Below are positions 25,885 to 34,203 of a DNA stretch of 44,922 nt, piece after piece. The notes beneath the pieces are model-generated. The model did not search any database. It was not told where the DNA came from and saw nothing but the letters and a program-made list of their open reading frames with translations. Position numbers and translations under genes: made by a program. Within the stretch, counting starts at the first letter, position 1. Each line of letters begins with the position of its first letter. Source of the stretch: an uncultured Myxococcales bacterium (GTDB taxonomy: Bacteria; Myxococcota; UBA4151); NCBI GenBank assembly GCA_964013405.1, contig CAXGWI010000013.1, forward strand, positions 1 to 44,922, given 5' to 3'.

Positions 25885-26511
25885 TTAACGAAGTCGTTGG
25901 CGTAGCGGCTCAGCTAGATCGCTTCGACCTTGGGCTTCGTAGTTGCGTACTAGGTTCGAAAGGGCCGCCTGGACCTTTGCGTGCTCTTTGCCGAAGGCCG
26001 CTTCTCGAATGGTGAGCGAGCGGCGCAACAGCACCTCAGCAGTGCTGTGGTCACCGGCTTCCGATAGAACCACAGCGAGATTGTTTAAGGTCACCGCCAC
26101 CGCAGGGTGGTGATTGCCTAGGCTGCGCTCTCGGATACTCAAAGCCTGAAGCAGCAGACGCTTTGCTTCGTCCTGATCGCCATTGGCATTTTTGATAATC
26201 GCCAAGTTGTTCATGGCGAGGGCGACCATGGGGTGGTCATTCCCTAGGACTTCCCGACGGACCTCCAGAGAAAGCTCACTCATGGCCTCGGCCACCTCCG
26301 GATCACCGTTGCTTTGCTCCCGGTTGGCTTCGTTGTTGAGCCACACGGCTCGCTCGAGGGCCGTACCATCTTCCACGGCCCGAACCGCTTGCCACCCTTG
26401 AGTCGCCTCCGGATCGTTGGGCTGGGGAATGGGGCTCCGGGCCAGATCGCCTGTGGTGCTGCAGGCGGAGAAGGCCATCAGTAAGGCGAGGCTGGTTAGG
26501 GCACGGCACAT
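25885..26511 (-). CDS. TPR repeat lipoprotein (42-aa kinesin-light-chain-like repeats)
   Basis: Lipobox FSAC and repeats of the form ALSIRERSLGNHHPAVAVTLNNLA. Start uncertain (26547 GTG is the alternative). Confidence 0.8.
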   Translation of the reverse strand: MCRALTSLALLMAFSACSTTGDLARSPIPQPNDPEATQGWQAVRAVEDGTALERAVWLNNEANREQSNGDPEVAEAMSELSLEVRREVLGNDHPMVALAMNNLAIIKNANGDQDEAKRLLLQALSIRERSLGNHHPAVAVTLNNLAVVLSEAGDHSTAEVLLRRSLTIREAAFGKEHAKVQAALSNLVRNYEAQGRSDLAEPLRQRLR

Positions 26512-26657
26512 CGGGGTTATCTCCATCCACCTCTCGGCTACTGTCACTCTTGATCGGCAGGAGCGATGGGAAGTTGATAGGACGTCTGACCGATAGGCCT
26601 CGGTCGCCGAAAATGTCGGGCCGAAATCTGCAGTGAACTGGGGCAGGAAAGCGGCGG

Positions 26658-27584
26658 CTAAGGGCTGGCTACTTGAGCTTCTGTTAGCCGTTCTTCGGCC
26701 ATGCGTAGGTAGGCCGGGTCGAGATCAAAGCCCAGGTAGTCCCGTTCCAGTTGTAGGGCTGCCACCGCCGTGGATCCGGAGCCGAGGAAGGGGTCGAGAA
26801 CAAGATCACCTTTGAAGGTATAGAGTTCGATTAGGCGGCGAGGCAGCTCCAAGGGAAATGGCGCAGGATGCCCGACACGCCGGGCGCTTTCCGGTGCAAA
26901 GGACCAGACGTCTAAAGTGTCCCGCATAAAGGCTTCCTTTGAAATACTGTCTTCAAAAGGAAGTCCCTTAGTTTGTCGCTGCTTTTTTGTCAGTGCCCGG
27001 TTGAAGCGCCCCTTGCAGGCCACAATGATCCGCTCCGACAGGTCTCGCAGCACCGGATTGCTTGCGCTCTGAAAAGAGCCCCAAGCACAGCTGCCCGTGG
27101 CCCCTTTGCCTTTTTGCCAAATGATCTCAGCCCGTAAGAGCAGCCCTAACTCGCCCTCCAAGAGGCGAATCACATCGGCCGAAAGGCTTCGGTAGGGCTT
27201 CCTGCCCAAGTTGGCCACGTTAACTGCAATGCGCCCACCAGGCTCAAGGACCCGGACGCACTCGCTAAAGACCCGGTGGAGCATCTGCAGGTAGTCTAGG
27301 TAGCTCGCTGGGACCTTGCCTTGGCCGAGTTCTGCCTCATACTCCTTACCGACAAAATACGGCGGTGATGTCACCACCAGGGCGACGCTGTTGTCGGGGA
27401 CCTGGCTCATGTCTGAGCTGTCGCCACAGATGAGGCTGTTTCTCAGGGGCGAGACGACGACCGTCTCGTCGCTCGATAGGGTGGGTGCTTCGAAGCGTTC
27501 GTAGAAGGCACTGGCGTCGTGCCCCTCTCTTTTCGAGGTACCGAAAGCTTGGGTTTGCGTGCCGCGGGAGGCGCGATTTGCCAT
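26658..27584 (-). CDS. Site-specific DNA methyltransferase, beta class (N4-C/N6-A)
   Basis: Motif IV VTSPPY precedes motif I VLDPFLGSGST. Also HPAPFP and IIWQK. Confidence 0.9.
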   Translation of the reverse strand: MANRASRGTQTQAFGTSKREGHDASAFYERFEAPTLSSDETVVVSPLRNSLICGDSSDMSQVPDNSVALVVTSPPYFVGKEYEAELGQGKVPASYLDYLQMLHRVFSECVRVLEPGGRIAVNVANLGRKPYRSLSADVIRLLEGELGLLLRAEIIWQKGKGATGSCAWGSFQSASNPVLRDLSERIIVACKGRFNRALTKKQRQTKGLPFEDSISKEAFMRDTLDVWSFAPESARRVGHPAPFPLELPRRLIELYTFKGDLVLDPFLGSGSTAVAALQLERDYLGFDLDPAYLRMAEERLTEAQVASP

Positions 27585-27608
27585 GAGTTGATCCGCTCGG
27601 TCGGCCGC

Positions 27609-28373
27609 CTAGAAAGCCCATTCTAGTTCGGTTTTTAACTCGGTGTCGGTGGCCGATACCTCGTCGTAGGGGGCGGTATCATGCCGGGCCACATATTTCA
27701 GGTTGAGGGCGAGACGTCCTTCGATCTCGATACCTAGGGTGGTCTCAGAGAAGTAGCGAATGGAGTTAAAGTCGTCGAACCGGGGCTGGGCGAAGACGGT
27801 TTGACCAAAACTGACCCGCTCGGTCAGTGCCGTCGATAAGCTGAAGTAATTAGACCAGCGATGGCGGTGGAAGCTTTGATCCGAGTCAGTGGCTTTTACC
27901 TCGGTGTTTGTCCGTTCGGATTCGGACATGTAAGCCGTGCCGAGATGGAGGGTTCCGCCCTTCCATGCCGCCACTTTGATCCGTGGACCCACACCGACCA
28001 GGCCTCGAAAGGCGAGGCGGCGGAAAGGGTCACTTTCGTGTTGCAGGAAACCTTCCAGTGTCAGGCGCTCATTGAGTTCATGGCGATAGCGAAGGTGCTC
28101 AAAAGTGGAGGTTGCATGGGCTACACCTCCCTCGGCAGCGTACTCCCCCCGAAGGACCAAGAAGGCCAACCGATTGGGCCAGCGGTAGCGGGTGGTCATC
28201 TCTCCTTCCAATTGGAGTTCATCCACGCTGCCCGTCGACCACTCAACAGCGGCGGCCGCTTTGCCGCTCAGGCCCATGCTGTCTTCGTCGGCTTCGCCGA
28301 GGACATTGATGATGCCAGCCTGGGCGCTTGGTGCGCTCAGAACCAGGAGAAGAACAATAAAGCGATAGTTCAT
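27609..28373 (-). CDS. DUF481-like outer-membrane beta-barrel protein
   Basis: Signal peptide ending SAQA, alternating beta-strand pattern, HLRYR and GVGPR motifs, C-terminal WAF. Confidence 0.7.
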   Translation of the reverse strand: MNYRFIVLLLVLSAPSAQAGIINVLGEADEDSMGLSGKAAAAVEWSTGSVDELQLEGEMTTRYRWPNRLAFLVLRGEYAAEGGVAHATSTFEHLRYRHELNERLTLEGFLQHESDPFRRLAFRGLVGVGPRIKVAAWKGGTLHLGTAYMSESERTNTEVKATDSDQSFHRHRWSNYFSLSTALTERVSFGQTVFAQPRFDDFNSIRYFSETTLGIEIEGRLALNLKYVARHDTAPYDEVSATDTELKTELEWAF

Positions 28374-28380
28374 GCTGACC

Positions 28381-29016
28381 TTAACTGAATCGATTTTGTT
28401 TGGAGAGATCGAGACCGGACCTGCCGAGCATACTAAAGGTGATACAGCCGGCCAGGCCGAACCAGAGGTAATCGATGGGCGACACGAATTCGGTGAAATT
28501 TGTGGCGAAGCCGACAAAGTCGATGAAGCCAGCATCGACCAGCATCTGAACCTGGGGGTTGTCGAGGATCGTCCACCACTTGCCGAGGAGGATGCCGGTG
28601 CACGCGCAAACGACGCCGACGAGTTGGGTCAAGGGGCCACGCATGCCGCCACTGACGATCGCAACCGCAATCCCAACGATAAAGCCGACACCCAGAGCGA
28701 TGTAGCCCACTTCATAGCCGGTCGCGATGGCGATCTTTGCCCAGATCCAGCCACCGAGCGCGGCTGCGGTCATCCCACCGGCAGCGGCACCGGCAAGTTT
28801 CGGCGCAGTGACGGTTTCATCGGCAGCATTTTCTCGCAGTTGAGCGATCAGTGGTGTGATTGCAGTCCGCGCATCCTCGACGGAAAGACCGAAGTCCCTG
28901 GCGAAGTCGCTGATCACTTCTTCTGTGCTCTTGCCCTCGTTGAGTTTGGCAATCACGTAGTTTGTAATCGCTTCCGCAACTTCTTCTTCCGAAAGTTCTT
29001 CATTGTCGTCGGTCAA
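28381..29016 (-). CDS. Hypothetical membrane protein
   Basis: TTG start with GGAGG RBS, acidic N-terminus and about 4 hydrophobic helices (TGYEVGYIALGVGFIVG). Confidence 0.7.
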   Translation of the reverse strand: MTDDNEELSEEEVAEAITNYVIAKLNEGKSTEEVISDFARDFGLSVEDARTAITPLIAQLRENAADETVTAPKLAGAAAGGMTAAALGGWIWAKIAIATGYEVGYIALGVGFIVGIAVAIVSGGMRGPLTQLVGVVCACTGILLGKWWTILDNPQVQMLVDAGFIDFVGFATNFTEFVSPIDYLWFGLAGCITFSMLGRSGLDLSKQNRFS

Positions 29017-29070
29017 GGCATGTTCCTCCGAGCCGGGGGGTACGAGCCTAATCGAAAGTCCAGAGTGGGA

Positions 29071-29604
29071 CTAGCCCCTGAAGACGAGGCCTTTGCGAGC
29101 GTCATCGGAGTAGAGGTTGAGGGTCCAGCCCTCTTCCAGGCATTCCACCGAATGGATGAAATGATCGTAGCGCTCGCCTTCGCCCACGTGGAACAGGTGG
29201 TCGCCAGCTTCCATCACCGTCTCGCCCGTGGCTTCGACCCCGTCGTCGGTCAATCGATACATCACCATGCGGTACTTTCCCGAGAGCGCTGCGTACATGA
29301 CCACGGGAGGGTGCCCGTGGACGGGGGTGATGCAGCCGATACGCCAGTGGGCGAGGACGCCCTCAAATCCTGGCTCTGTCGGGGTATGAAGGGCCCCCAC
29401 AACGGTGCGCCGGTAGCAGGCGACGACAGGACATTGAAGTTCGTTGGGTAGGGTGTCGAGATCGATAGCATCCATCCGCTTACGGATGGCCGCAAAGCGC
29501 TTGGACCAAGCCATGTCTTGTTGGTCCAAAACGGCGCAGAAGTCCGCCCATGGCTGGGCCAAAATCTGACGATCATGGAAGGTGTCTGAGCGTCCAACGA
29601 CCAT
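29071..29604 (-). CDS. Cysteine dioxygenase-like cupin
   Basis: YRRTVV, TPVHGH, FIHSV and TLNLYS parallel the thiol-dioxygenase motifs YxR, HxH, H and SLHLY. Confidence 0.6.
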   Translation of the reverse strand: MVVGRSDTFHDRQILAQPWADFCAVLDQQDMAWSKRFAAIRKRMDAIDLDTLPNELQCPVVACYRRTVVGALHTPTEPGFEGVLAHWRIGCITPVHGHPPVVMYAALSGKYRMVMYRLTDDGVEATGETVMEAGDHLFHVGEGERYDHFIHSVECLEEGWTLNLYSDDARKGLVFRG

Positions 29605-29717
29605 GGTGACTTCCCCGTAGGGACAGAGTCATTCATGGCCTCTGCCGGGTCAAGGGCCCGCATCCAAGTGAGGCAAATCAATGCGGAAGCTGAAGAGGCC
29701 AGACTGGGAAGTGGCGC

Positions 29718-30668
29718 CTAAAATCGCTCTGTATGTGCGTGGCAGTAGGGGGCTTTACCGGTCTTGATGTAGTAATCTTGATGGTATTCTTCGGCGGGCC
29801 AGAAAATCCCTGCCGGCTGAACCTGGCTCACGACCGCATAGCCCTTCTTTTGCAGCAATTCGACCAGTTCGAAGACGATCTGTTCTTCTTCCTCATCCCC
29901 CACAAAGACAGCGGAGCGATATTGGCTGCCGACATCGGGCCCCTGCCGATCTTTCTGTGTCGGATCATGAATCTCAAAAAAGGTCTTCGCCAGGGTCCGG
30001 TAGGTCACCTTGGTCGGGTCGTAGACCACCCGGACGGTCTCCGCATGCCCCGTACTGCCACTGACCACCTCCCGGTAGCTGGGGTTGCGTTTGGTGCCTC
30101 CCATGTAACCTGATTCGGCTCGCAGCACGCCCGGAACCTTCTCAAGGAGGTGCTCCACCCCCCAAAAGCACCCGCCCGCAAAGAAGGCTTCCTTGTAGGG
30201 GACGTCACTGAAGTCTAGCGCCACGGAATTAACGCAATGCCTCGTATCTTTATCGTTCATTTGCTCGCCGCGAAAGACATGGCCCAAATGCCCGCCGCAG
30301 CGGGCACAGCGAATCTCTGTTCGCCGGCCGTCGGCATCGGGCACCTCCCGAACCGCACCTTTGATCGCCGAATCAAAGCTCGGCCAGCCCGTCCCGGAGT
30401 TGAACTTCGCCTTCGAAGAAAAGAGGGGCGCACCACAGCGGTTGCAGGTGTAGTTGCCTTTGCCTTTATGTTTCAGCAGGGCGCCGGTGAAGGCTCGCTC
30501 CGTGCCGCCCTTCTCGATGACGTCTTTCGCTTTGCCGGTGAGCTGCTTCCAGCCGCTTCGGGCTTTCGGGTCCGTCGACTGCTGGGCCGTGGTTGGTTGG
30601 GCCAGAGCCCAATGGGCCGTGGCAAAGCCAACGAGCAGAGCGAGCGTGACTTTAATCTGTCGAGACAT
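29718..30668 (-). CDS. msrBA: Exported bifunctional methionine sulfoxide reductase, MsrB-MsrA fusion
   Basis: Signal peptide. MsrB motifs GTERAF, CNRC, GWPSF, CARCGGHLGHVF and RHCVNS. MsrA motifs AGGCFWG, GHAETV, QYRS and AEEYHQDY. Confidence 0.93.
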   Translation of the reverse strand: MSRQIKVTLALLVGFATAHWALAQPTTAQQSTDPKARSGWKQLTGKAKDVIEKGGTERAFTGALLKHKGKGNYTCNRCGAPLFSSKAKFNSGTGWPSFDSAIKGAVREVPDADGRRTEIRCARCGGHLGHVFRGEQMNDKDTRHCVNSVALDFSDVPYKEAFFAGGCFWGVEHLLEKVPGVLRAESGYMGGTKRNPSYREVVSGSTGHAETVRVVYDPTKVTYRTLAKTFFEIHDPTQKDRQGPDVGSQYRSAVFVGDEEEEQIVFELVELLQKKGYAVVSQVQPAGIFWPAEEYHQDYYIKTGKAPYCHAHTERF

Positions 30669-30712
30669 GAGCCCCCTCGCTCAGAACATCCGGTCGCAGT
30701 GCTTCTTCCCAG

Positions 30713-33100
30713 CTAGCGGCAAGCGCAGATGCGAGCGCCGGAATAGTTGCCGTTGTTATAACCTGAACTGCCGCAGTCGGCGCTTGCGTTCACTTCCGCC
30801 CGGGATTCGGTCACGTTACAACCCGTTACTTCCGCGTTAAAGCCGTTGAATACCCATGTGTTCGACCAGCACCCAAGGCCGAAATAGGACCGATCCCAGT
30901 TGTTGCTGTGGAGGGTGAAGTGCCCAGCGTCCGTGGGGCCCACATTGCCGTCCTGTCTTCGAAAGCTCAGGCCCAAATGCTCCCGAACCAGCCGGTGGTA
31001 GTTCGTCTGGTTCGCTGAACCGTAACTGACAAGGCCATCGAGATCGCCCTCATGGCAACTCCGCCCCCGGGCCGCACATGCGCTTGTACAGGACTCAGAA
31101 TTGCTTCTGGCAAGGGTGACGAGATAGGAGTTCCCGTCGATCGTGACCCGTTTGAGGTGGTCGCCTAGGGCCTCGGAGCAATCACCTTCGCAGTCCGGGC
31201 CGCCGTCACAGGCTTCCACCCCTGCCTGGACATGGCCATCGCCACAAATGGCGTCGGCGCAATCGATACAGGCATCGGTGTTGATCTCATTCTCATCATC
31301 GCAAGCTTCACCGGCCTGGACGATGCCATCACCACAACGGGGCGTGGTGCAGGCGTTGCTGCAATCATTGTCGTTGATCTCATCGCCGTCATCGCAGCCT
31401 TCTCCCGCTTGTTCGATGCCATCACCGCACCGCGGCGTGGTGCAGGCGTTGCTGCAATCGTTGTCGTTGATCTCATCCCCATCATCACAAGCCTCGACGC
31501 CATCCTGGATCTGGCCGTCACCACAGCGGGCAGCGGCGCAATTGTTGAGACAGGCATCGATTTGGACTTCGTTGCCATCATCACAGGCTTCACCTGCTTG
31601 TTGGAAACCGTCGCCGCATCGGGCTTCGGCACAGGCGTTGGTGCAGGTATCCTCGTTGATTTCATTACCGTCATCACAGGCCTCAAAGTTGATCTGACCT
31701 TGGGCCACGTCGGCCCGCAGGATGCCGTCGCCACAACGGGCTTGAAGACAGTTGTTCGTACACGCGTCATTGGCCACGTCGTTGGCATCGTCGCAGGCTT
31801 CGTAGCCAGCAGCGCCAGGCTCTAGATCCCGGCGCAAAATGCCGTCGCCGCAACGAGCCTGTTCACAGGCGTTGCTACAAGCATCTACATTGGAGCGATT
31901 GCCATCATCGCAGGCTTCGTCTTCGTGAACGATACCGTCCCCACAAGTCGCCAGGGGCCGGATCTGACAGTCTGAGGTGCAGCCGTCGTCTTCAATCGCA
32001 TTGCCATCGTCACAGGCTTCGTAACCATCGGCACCTTCGGCAAGGTCCGCTCGTAGGAGGCCATCGCCACATCGGGCATGTTCGCAGGCATTCGTGCAGG
32101 CGTCCTGGGCCACCACGTTGCCATCATCGCAGGCTTCTTCGATCCCGAGGAGGTGGCCATCGCCGCAGCGGGCGACCCGGCAATCGTTGAGACAGTGGTC
32201 CGTTTGCTCGTCGTTGCCGTCATCACACTGCTCGTAGCCGGGATCTTCCGCTTGCAGGTCGCTGCGGTGAATGCCGTCGCCACAGCGGGCGGGGAGACAC
32301 TGGGTTGTACAGGCATCCTGAGGGACGGCGTTGCCATCGTCGCAGCTTTCTTGGTCGGCCCAGAGGATCCCATCGCCACAGCGGGCAGCGGCACAGCTGT
32401 TAAGACAGGCATCGGTTTCGACCTCATTGCCATCATCGCAGAACTCGCCGTCTTGAACATAACCATCACCGCAGGTGCTGGGGGTGCAATTGGCACAGGC
32501 ATCGGTGGGGTCCTCGTTGCCGTCATCACAACCCTCCCCAGGACCAAGGACGCCGTCACCGCAACGGGCTTCTTCACAGTTGCTACGACATGCGTCGTCG
32601 TCGGAGGCGTTGCCATCATCGCAAGCCTCGTAGCCGGCTTCATTTGGCTCGAGGTCGGTCCTAAGGACCCCATCACCGCAACGCGCAGGCTCGCAGTCGG
32701 TTTTGCAGGCGTCAGACTCCACCGTGTTGCCATCATCGCAGGCTTCAAAGCCGAGTCCGCCTTCACTGACGTCGGCCCGGACGACCCCGTCGCCACAGAC
32801 GGCCACTTGGCAGGTGTTCAGGCAGGCATCACCATCCAAATCATTGCCATCGTCACAGGTCTCATGGCCGACTTCCCCGATGGATAGATCCGTTCGGGTC
32901 ACCCCGTCACCACAGCGAGCGAGATCGCAGCCATTGGTGCATTCATCGGAGTTGACCTCGTTGCCATCATCACAGGCTTCGCCCAATTCAAGCTCGCCAT
33001 TACCACAGGAGCCCTGTTGTTGTTGGACGACCACCTGTTCCGAACAAGCGGCTGCGAGGCTGATGCAGATCAATAGGCTGAGTTTTTTGGGGTTGGTCAT
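30713..33100 (-). CDS. DUF4215-type Cys-rich repeat lipoprotein with unidentified C-terminal domain (795 aa)
   Basis: ATG 33100 with GAGGAG upstream, lipobox AAAC, 17 CDD units plus one degenerate unit, and a ~155-aa tip ending ARICACR. Confidence 0.85.
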   Translation of the reverse strand: MTNPKKLSLLICISLAAACSEQVVVQQQQGSCGNGELELGEACDDGNEVNSDECTNGCDLARCGDGVTRTDLSIGEVGHETCDDGNDLDGDACLNTCQVAVCGDGVVRADVSEGGLGFEACDDGNTVESDACKTDCEPARCGDGVLRTDLEPNEAGYEACDDGNASDDDACRSNCEEARCGDGVLGPGEGCDDGNEDPTDACANCTPSTCGDGYVQDGEFCDDGNEVETDACLNSCAAARCGDGILWADQESCDDGNAVPQDACTTQCLPARCGDGIHRSDLQAEDPGYEQCDDGNDEQTDHCLNDCRVARCGDGHLLGIEEACDDGNVVAQDACTNACEHARCGDGLLRADLAEGADGYEACDDGNAIEDDGCTSDCQIRPLATCGDGIVHEDEACDDGNRSNVDACSNACEQARCGDGILRRDLEPGAAGYEACDDANDVANDACTNNCLQARCGDGILRADVAQGQINFEACDDGNEINEDTCTNACAEARCGDGFQQAGEACDDGNEVQIDACLNNCAAARCGDGQIQDGVEACDDGDEINDNDCSNACTTPRCGDGIEQAGEGCDDGDEINDNDCSNACTTPRCGDGIVQAGEACDDENEINTDACIDCADAICGDGHVQAGVEACDGGPDCEGDCSEALGDHLKRVTIDGNSYLVTLARSNSESCTSACAARGRSCHEGDLDGLVSYGSANQTNYHRLVREHLGLSFRRQDGNVGPTDAGHFTLHSNNWDRSYFGLGCWSNTWVFNGFNAEVTGCNVTESRAEVNASADCGSSGYNNGNYSGARICACR
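31321..31500 (-). repeat. 93-nt tandem duplication of one stalk unit
   Basis: Peptide [24 protein letters not shown] occurs twice; DNA copies begin at 31321 and 31414. Confidence 0.85.
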
Positions 33101-33159
33101 CTTCGACTTCTCCTCGGTGGAGCTTAATGGAGCCACCTGCGGGGGACAAGCGCCGCACC

Positions 33160-34203
33160 CTACGTGTGTCTGCGTCGGCGGAGGATGCTCCCCAGAATGA
33201 GAATGCAGAGACCAGGAGCGATGGATGTGGCGCCACAGTGGCACCCCACCGAATCGGCTGCTTTCGGTGGCGGATCCGAGTTGGCTTCGGGCTCGGCTCG
33301 AGTCCGCTTACAGTTCGATTGGGCCAAAGGGGTCGGGCTGGCCTCGCAGGTGAAGTACAAGCGGAGCCCCGAAGCACTGTAGCTCATCGCTTCGCATTGC
33401 CCATCCCCGTAGACTGGAGCCTTCAGAGCGGGGGCGAAATCCGTGACCACCCCATCGGTACGAAGGAGTTCGAGGCGATAGCCGGCGCCATAGGTCCCAA
33501 GAAAGAGTTCGGAACCCGTGGGGTCGATGTCGGCTTGGGTCACCAACAAGGCTTCCGTGCCCCCCTCCAGGGACACACGGGTCACAAGCTCCGCCTCGAA
33601 GGGCTCCTGTGAGCCGTTCCAGGCCGCGGCTGGAATCCGATAGGCAGAAGCGACACGGTCAAATGCCTTCTCGACGATGAAGAGGTCGCCGGTCTTTGGG
33701 TCGACCGCCAGTCCTTCTGCATCCCGGGGGCCCTCTGGATACACCAGGTCCAAGGGCTCGGCTTGTCCCCTTACCGTCTGTCCGGCACCCGGTGCTGGGG
33801 GCTCGGGGACGCGCCAGATCGTGACCTTGCTCCTCGCAGCTGCATTGTCGCCGATATCGCCGATGAAAAGACAGGTTTGATCGCCGCATGGGCCCAGCCC
33901 TAAGGCTTCCCAATCGGTGGCATCGACCCCGTCCAGTTCCAGTCGGCCCATTGCGGTGCCGTCGGAACGAAAAGCATAGACGAAGGGACCGCCCCCTGAA
34001 TCGTTGTGGCTCCAGAGCAGATCTGGAAATTGCCGGGAGCAGGCCAGGCCGCTGGATTCAATCAGTGCTGGGATCTGCAGTCGACTCTTGAGGCTCGCCT
34101 CGTCGAATTCGAGGCATGCCGCGGCGCCCAAAGCGGTCGAAGGCAGCATGCCGCTGACCAGGATTGCGAACAGCAGGCCTCCATTCCCGGTGCTGCCCCC
34201 CAT
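33160..34203 (-). CDS. Exported beta-propeller-like protein with MYXO-CTERM-like sorting tail
   Basis: [34 protein letters not shown] and QCEAM. Ends in a Pro-rich linker followed by GCHCG, a hydrophobic helix and RRRR. TGATG coupling to the upstream gene. Confidence 0.75.
   Translation of the reverse strand: MGGSTGNGGLLFAILVSGMLPSTALGAAACLEFDEASLKSRLQIPALIESSGLACSRQFPDLLWSHNDSGGGPFVYAFRSDGTAMGRLELDGVDATDWEALGLGPCGDQTCLFIGDIGDNAAARSKVTIWRVPEPPAPGAGQTVRGQAEPLDLVYPEGPRDAEGLAVDPKTGDLFIVEKAFDRVASAYRIPAAAWNGSQEPFEAELVTRVSLEGGTEALLVTQADIDPTGSELFLGTYGAGYRLELLRTDGVVTDFAPALKAPVYGDGQCEAMSYSASGLRLYFTCEASPTPLAQSNCKRTRAEPEANSDPPPKAADSVGCHCGATSIAPGLCILILGSILRRRRHT

Noticed and set aside
28372..29451. 359-aa plus-strand ORF
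   Set aside because: Antisense to two better-supported minus-strand genes and has no recognisable features.
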